Shown piece after piece: positions 1-64,000 of a DNA stretch of 64,000 bases; positions within the stretch are counted from its first letter, which is position 1, and each line of letters begins with the position of its first letter. This DNA is from the human T2T-CHM13v2.0 reference genome, Homo sapiens. The position numbers were made by a program, and so were the translations under genes. The notes beneath the pieces are model-generated. The model was not told the DNA's origin. It saw nothing but the letters and a program-made list of their open reading frames with translations, and did not search any database. The stretch lies in the NCBI RefSeq assembly GCF_009914755.1, contig NC_060939.1; one strand, 5' to 3'.

Positions 1-53
1 CTATGATAAATTCAGTCTGCACCCATGGACTAAGAGACTCATATTTTTATTAC

Positions 54-57174
<57,121 letters not shown>

Positions 57175-57827
57175 CTGACCAACAGGATGAGAAAAGCTGA
57201 ATTTCAGGACTTCCAAAATTATGGATCAATGCATGGTTAGACACAGGAAGGTTTCTTTCTGTGCACTAGGTCAGCTCCTTCATGAGGAATACGTCTACCT
57301 AATTTTGCTTATGAGGTGATCTTTCGTGCATCTGTGATGCACCAGGCCTGGCTGCCTCAGTTTACAGGCAACAGAACTCCCAAAGCCTCCTAGATAAACC
57401 TTGAACGCTGAAAGCCTGTACGTGGGAAAGAAATCCGCGAGTCCCTTAATGGAAACATCTCACGGCTGTCTACAGGGTTAGAGGAGAGGGATTTCTTTCA
57501 CCACTGATTTGACTATGGAACTCTGGGCCAGACACTTAACTTCTAGTGCCTCATTTTACTCATCCATAGAATTGGCACAACAATACCTATTTTCACCAGT
57601 TCCCTGGGAGGTTAAATTAGACTTTGTACTTGAAAGAACTTTGTAAAATGCTACGAAAGTATTGTTACAGCAATGTCATCATAATCTTATCACACTGGTG
57701 GGCTGCCAAGGACTCCCACAGTGGGAAATGCAGAAGTCCAGACACAGCCACCCAGCTCAATTCCCAGCAGGCAATGGCACGCCTGGCTCAGCGCCGATGT
57801 ACAAGTCTTTAGGTAGAACCACGTTGC

Positions 57828-58399
<572 letters not shown>

Positions 58400-58414
<15 letters not shown>

Positions 58415-59105
58415 CTGTGATATGGGACATAGTAACTTTATTTATAGTGGCCAAAAATTGGAAACAGACTAAATGCCCATTAATGAGAATTAAAAAAAAA
58501 AAACACCTGCAGAATACCCATACAATGAAATACAACTTACCCATAAAAGGAATGAACTACTGATGTAAGCAAAAGCATGGGTGAGTCACCAAAGCACGCT
58601 GAGTTAAAGAAGCCTTACACAAATGAGTACCTCCTATGTGAGTCCCTTCAAATCAAGTTCTGGAACAGCTAAAACTAAAGCATGCTGGGAAAAAATTCAC
58701 AGCAGTAGTTGCCTCTGAGGGTGGGTGGGGCCAGGGAGTGACTCCGAAGGTGTATGAGGGGATCTTCTGGGAGTGATGGTAACATTCTGTATCTTGATGG
58801 GGCTCGGGTTACATAGGGGCTAAGCACTTTTCAAACCTCAGACAATGCAGACTTAAGATTTGTGCATTTCATTTTCTGTAAATTTTACACAAAAAATTAA
58901 ACAAATATGGAACTCTAGTTAATATGCATACTAAAATATTTAGAAGGTGTATTGATATATGGCTTACTCAAAGATGCTTCAAAAAAGTGAGATGAATTGA
59001 AGGTCAGATAGAAGGACAGAAAGATGGATAGACATGGGATACAATGAATATGGTAGAATGTCCACACCAGAATCCAGGTGGTAAAACAGGTGTTCACTAT
59101 AAAAT
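58400..59105 (+). mobile_element. Old L1M (L1MC/ME-like) 3' fragment
   Basis: ccaaaaattggaaaca, ataaaaggaatgaactactgat, tagttgcctctg..ggg and aatgcagacttaagatttgtgcatttc. Confidence 0.65.
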
Positions 59106-59285
59106 TCTTTTTCTTTCTTTCTTTTTTTTTTTTTTTAAGAGACAGGATCTAGTTTTGTGGCCCAGGCTGGAGTGCAGTGACGTGATCACAGCTCACTGGA
59201 GCCTCGAACTCCTGGGTTCAAGTGATCCTCCTATGTCAGCCTCCCAAAGTGCTAAGATTACAGGTATAAGCCATCATGCCTGACC
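59106..59285 (-). mobile_element. Monomer-length Alu (right-arm tail fused to left-arm head)
   Basis: Antisense; ctcctgggttcaagtgatcctcc runs directly into cagcctcccaaagtgct. Confidence 0.8.
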
Positions 59286-59366
59286 TGTAAAGTTCTTTCA
59301 ACATTGCATTATGCTTAACATGTTCATATAAAAATGCTGGAGGAAATAAAGAATAAGAATAAAACA

Positions 59367-59663
<297 letters not shown>

Positions 59664-59670
59664 CGAACAG

Positions 59671-61250
59671 GCTCTCGCTCTCCCTCTCCCTCCTCTCCCT
59701 CCTCTCCCTCTCCCTCTCCCTCCTCTCCCTCTCCCGTCTCCCTCCTCTCCCTCCTCTCCCTCCTCTCCGTCCTCTCCCTCTCTTTCCACGGTCTCCCTCT
59801 GATGCAGAGCTGAAGCTGGACTGTACTGCTGCCATCTCGGCTCACTGCAACCTCCCTGCCTGATTCTCCTGCCTCAGCCTGCCGAGTGGCGCGCCGCCAC
59901 GCCTGACTGGTTTTCATATTATTTTGGTGGAGACGGAGTTTCGCTGTGTTGGCCGGGCTGGTCTCCAGCTCCGAACCACGAGTGATCCGCCAGCCTCGGC
60001 TTCCCGAGTTGCTGGGATTGCAGACGGAGTGTCGTTCACTCAGTGCTCAATGGTGCCCAGGCTGGAGTGCAGTGGCGTGATCTCGGCTCGCTACAACCTC
60101 CACCTCCCAGCCGCCTGCCTTGGCCTCCCAAAGTGCCGAGATTGCAGCCTCTGCCCGGCCGCCACCCCATCTGGGAAGTGAGGAGCATCTCTGTCTGGCC
60201 GCCATCCCATCTAGGAAGTGAGGAGCGCCTCTTCCCGGCCGCCATCCCATCTGGGAAGTAAGGAGCGTCTCTGCCCAGCCGCCCATCGTCTGAGATGTGG
60301 GGAGCGCCTCTGCCCTGCCGCCCCGTCTGGGATGTGAGGAGCGTCTCTGCCCGGCCGCCCCGTCTGAGAAGTGAGGAGCCCCTCCGCCCGGCAGCCGCAC
60401 CCTCTGAGAAGTGAGGAGTCCCTCCGCCCGGCAGCCACCCCGTCTGGGAGGAGAAGAGTGTCTCCGCCCGGCAGCCGCCCCGTCCGGGAGGGAGGTGGGG
60501 GGTCAGCCCCCGCCAGGCCAGCCGCCCCGTCTGGGAGGGAGGTGGGGGTCAGCCCCCCGCCCGGCCAGCCGCCCCGTCCGGGAGGGAGGTGGGGGGGGTC
60601 AGCCCCCCGCCCGGCCAGCCGCCCCGTCCGGGAGGTGAGGGGCGCCTCTGCCCGGCCGCCCCTACTGGGAAGTGAGGAGCCCCTCTGCCCGGCCACCACC
60701 CCGTCTGGGAGGTGTGCCCAACAGCTCATTGAGAACGGGCCATGATGACAATGGCAGTTTTGTGGAATAGAAAGGGGGGAAAGGTGGGGAAAAGATTGAG
60801 AAATCGGATGGTTGCCGTGTCTGTGTAGAAAGAGGTAGACATGGGAGACTTTTCATTTTGTGCTGTACTAAGAAAAATTCTTCTTCCTTGGGATCCTGTT
60901 GATCTGTGACCTTGCCCCCAACCCTGTGCTCTCTGAAACATGTGCTGTGTCCACTCAGGGTTAAATGGATTAAGGGCGGTGCAAGATGTGCTTTGTTAAA
61001 CAAATGCTTGAAGGCAGCATGCTCGTTGAGAGTCATCACCACTCCCTAATCTCAAGTACCCAGGGACACAAACACTGAGGAAGGCCGCAGGGTCCTCTGC
61101 CTAGGAAAACCAGAGACCTCTGTTCACTTGTTTATCTGCTGACCTTCCCTCCACTATTGTCCTGTGACCCTGCCAAATCCCCCTCTGCGAGAAACACCCA
61201 AGAATGATCAATAAAAAAAAAAAAGAAAAAAGAAAAAAAAAAAAGAAAAA
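59671..61250 (+). mobile_element. Full-length SVA retrotransposon, antisense to MYO5C, in intron 1
   Basis: CCCTCT-type head 59671-~59782, antisense Alu-like domain to ~60150, GC-rich VNTR ~60150-60720, SINE-R ~60720-61209, AATAAA at 61210, poly(A). Confidence 0.96.
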
Positions 61251-61722
61251 CTAACAAACAAACAAACAAACAAACAAACAAAGTTCACAGTTACAAGTAC
61301 TAGACTAGGACAATGCTGGATGAGGAACCTATCTATTAGTTAATATAAATCGCCTTACTTAATCAATAAAACAGAAAAGTCACTGGATGGATATCAATCA
61401 TGACTACCCCTAAATCATTTGAGTTGCTTTAATCCTTAACAGCTAGCAAAAAGCAGAAGCTTGCCGAAACGTGACATGGATGTGTAAGTTTTGAGAGAAC
61501 GAGAATGGAAGAATGACCTGGCAGGCAGTGACACACACTCTTGTGCAGATAGGACGATGGAGGCCTCATAAAGAAACACACAGACACGCCTGTCTCAGGC
61601 ACACACACCCACACCCATCCTTGTTGCCACGGGCTACACAGCTCCTACCCCAGGTCTGCTATTGAAAATATTTATTACTAACGTCATGAAGCTTACTTCA
61701 TTAAAATGGATTAGGAATGGGA

Positions 61723-61859
61723 TCCTCATAAGAGACACCTGAGAGTTGGATGTATTTTCTACAATATGTACCTATTACTTTCATAATCAGAACAATGAAT
61801 GTTAATCTTTAAAGGCAAATATCAAAATATATGCCCCCCAAAAGAATTGTACATGAATT
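61723..61859 (+). repeat. Local direct duplication B, copy 2
   Basis: Aligns to 58274-58414. Confidence 0.9.
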
Positions 61860-61973
61860 ACCAAATTTATCAAGAATTGGCCACTACAGAGTCTCAGAAC
61901 TGATTATCTACTCCAAGTTGTTTGTCAAACTCCTTTTTAGAGCTGCAGAAAGCCTACTTCAAAAGGAAGTTCT

Positions 61974-62500
<527 letters not shown>

Positions 62501-64000
62501 CTAGGGCCTGTGACTCCTAGTTTGAACTCCGTATTAGTTAAGCGAATCTGGCCCTGAAAGTAATCCTGAACTCTGAACTGCAACCATCTACTTGAGAGTC
62601 CATGTGCTCTCCTAACTATAATTTAGGATTGGTTTCAGCTAAAAGTGGTATTAAATGGCAGGCAGTATTAGGACATACGTAACCACTGACGGCTTCTCTT
62701 CTGAAGACCAGTGACTCCTCAGCCCAGTACCCCAGGCCGCCCACACCCTGCGATCCTGGTGCTTCTGCTGGCATTGAGTGCCCTGCAGCTGAAACCCAGC
62801 CTGGTAAGTAAACAACGGTGAGTTTACTCAGCTCCGGGTAAGTTCCACCCATTCATTCCTGTCCCCTCCTCCCTCACATTCCTCTACCCACAAAGCAATG
62901 CTTCAAACTGGAGGAAGAGTTAACTTTACAGCATTCATCCAAACAGATGCAGTCCGCAGTTCATGCAAACAATGTAACCAGCTGTCAACTGACCTCCAGA
63001 ATATGGGGCCTTCCCATGAGGCAGGAGTCTGTGGACTGGGATGGAACAGCTCGCCAAGCCCTTCAGCGGAGCCAGGAAAGAGAGGGCCACCTCCCAACTT
63101 CCCTGAGTGCCCTCCCCATGCCAAGGCGCCAAGCTGAGGCAGAGGCTCGGGACCACTGAACCTTATGAGCTCAAGACCATGCCAGCCACCCCCCCAAGGC
63201 ACACAGGTGAGATGAGAACAGCATCTTCTCAAGCCGCCTGCTTTTCTGAGGGATCTTCTGGCATGAGCCACAGAAATGACTTGAAGACTTATATGGAAGA
63301 TGGGACAAGATGGGACGACATGTGTTTCCCTCCTAGAACCGCTTTCTGGACTGGGAGTGTCCACACTCCAGGTCAGCCAGGCCAGATTGTCACACCATGC
63401 CCCTCTCTTCCTCCTCCTCTTCATTCGCTCCTCATGGGCCCCTCCCCTGGCTCCCCTGCCCCTCCCACTGCCCCCCATGTCCGTGTCTCCCAAGGTCCTT
63501 CCCAGCCTCTTCTCATGATAGGCTGTTTCTGGAGAGTTCCACCCAATTCCACAGCTTCTGCAACCGCCTGGCACCTGTGCATCTGAGACCTCCCACCCAG
63601 ATCGTGCACTGGAGCTCTACACCACATTTCCAATTGCCTCCAAGATGTCAGCCCCTAAATGTCCTCATAGACTCATAAATTCCAAACTCCAGTGATGCCG
63701 ACGCTCCTCCTTCCTAGCTCTCTTGCCCCTCATGTCAGAAGCCTGGGACAGTGCTGGGCACCCCTCTGTGTCTCCACCCCAACAGCCCAACAGTCACCAG
63801 GTGCTAGAAAAGACTGCCTTTTAAAAGCCCTCTCCTGTCCGCCCCTGCCTACCAGCCCCCTTGCCATGGCCATAAGTCAGCCCCCAACCCTACCCCCACC
63901 AATCCTCTCTTGACTGGTGCAGCAGCCCCCGGAGGCTTCCTCAGCCAGGCTGAGCACGAGGTTTCTTTGGGCAGACAGACTCTCTCATCCGTACTTGATT

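Noticed and set aside
62903-63574. 223-aa ORF, the longest in the track
   Set aside because: No recognisable domain; GC-rich intron 1 sequence with overlapping ORFs in several frames, consistent with chance.

Overview
Human/hominid genomic DNA, Alu-rich and containing an SVA. The window lies inside MYO5C (unconventional myosin Vc) on the minus strand. I reconstructed 25 consecutive GT-AG coding exons (57174 down to 54, 3274 nt), all phase-compatible. They correspond to exons 2-26, with numbering inferred from the recalled protein, and encode the motor domain, six IQ motifs and the start of the coiled coil. Exon 1 and the globular-tail exons lie outside the window. The introns contain the MIR1266 hairpin, a full-length antisense SVA inserted in an Alu tail, about 27 Alus, MaLR/ERV solo LTRs, a MER20, L1 fragments and simple repeats. 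I found no convincing new biological system. The most notable structures are: (1) an Alu insertion whose 21-bp TSD duplicated the exon 25 polypyrimidine tract and created a second AG acceptor; (2) a rare (CA)12(CG)12 tract next to a CTCF-like site beside exon 11; (3) a ~250-bp direct duplication bracketing the P-loop exon; (4) several unusual Alu architectures; (5) inverted Alu pairs around in-frame exons 8 and 21. Repeat subfamily names were assigned by eye and repeat boundaries are approximate.
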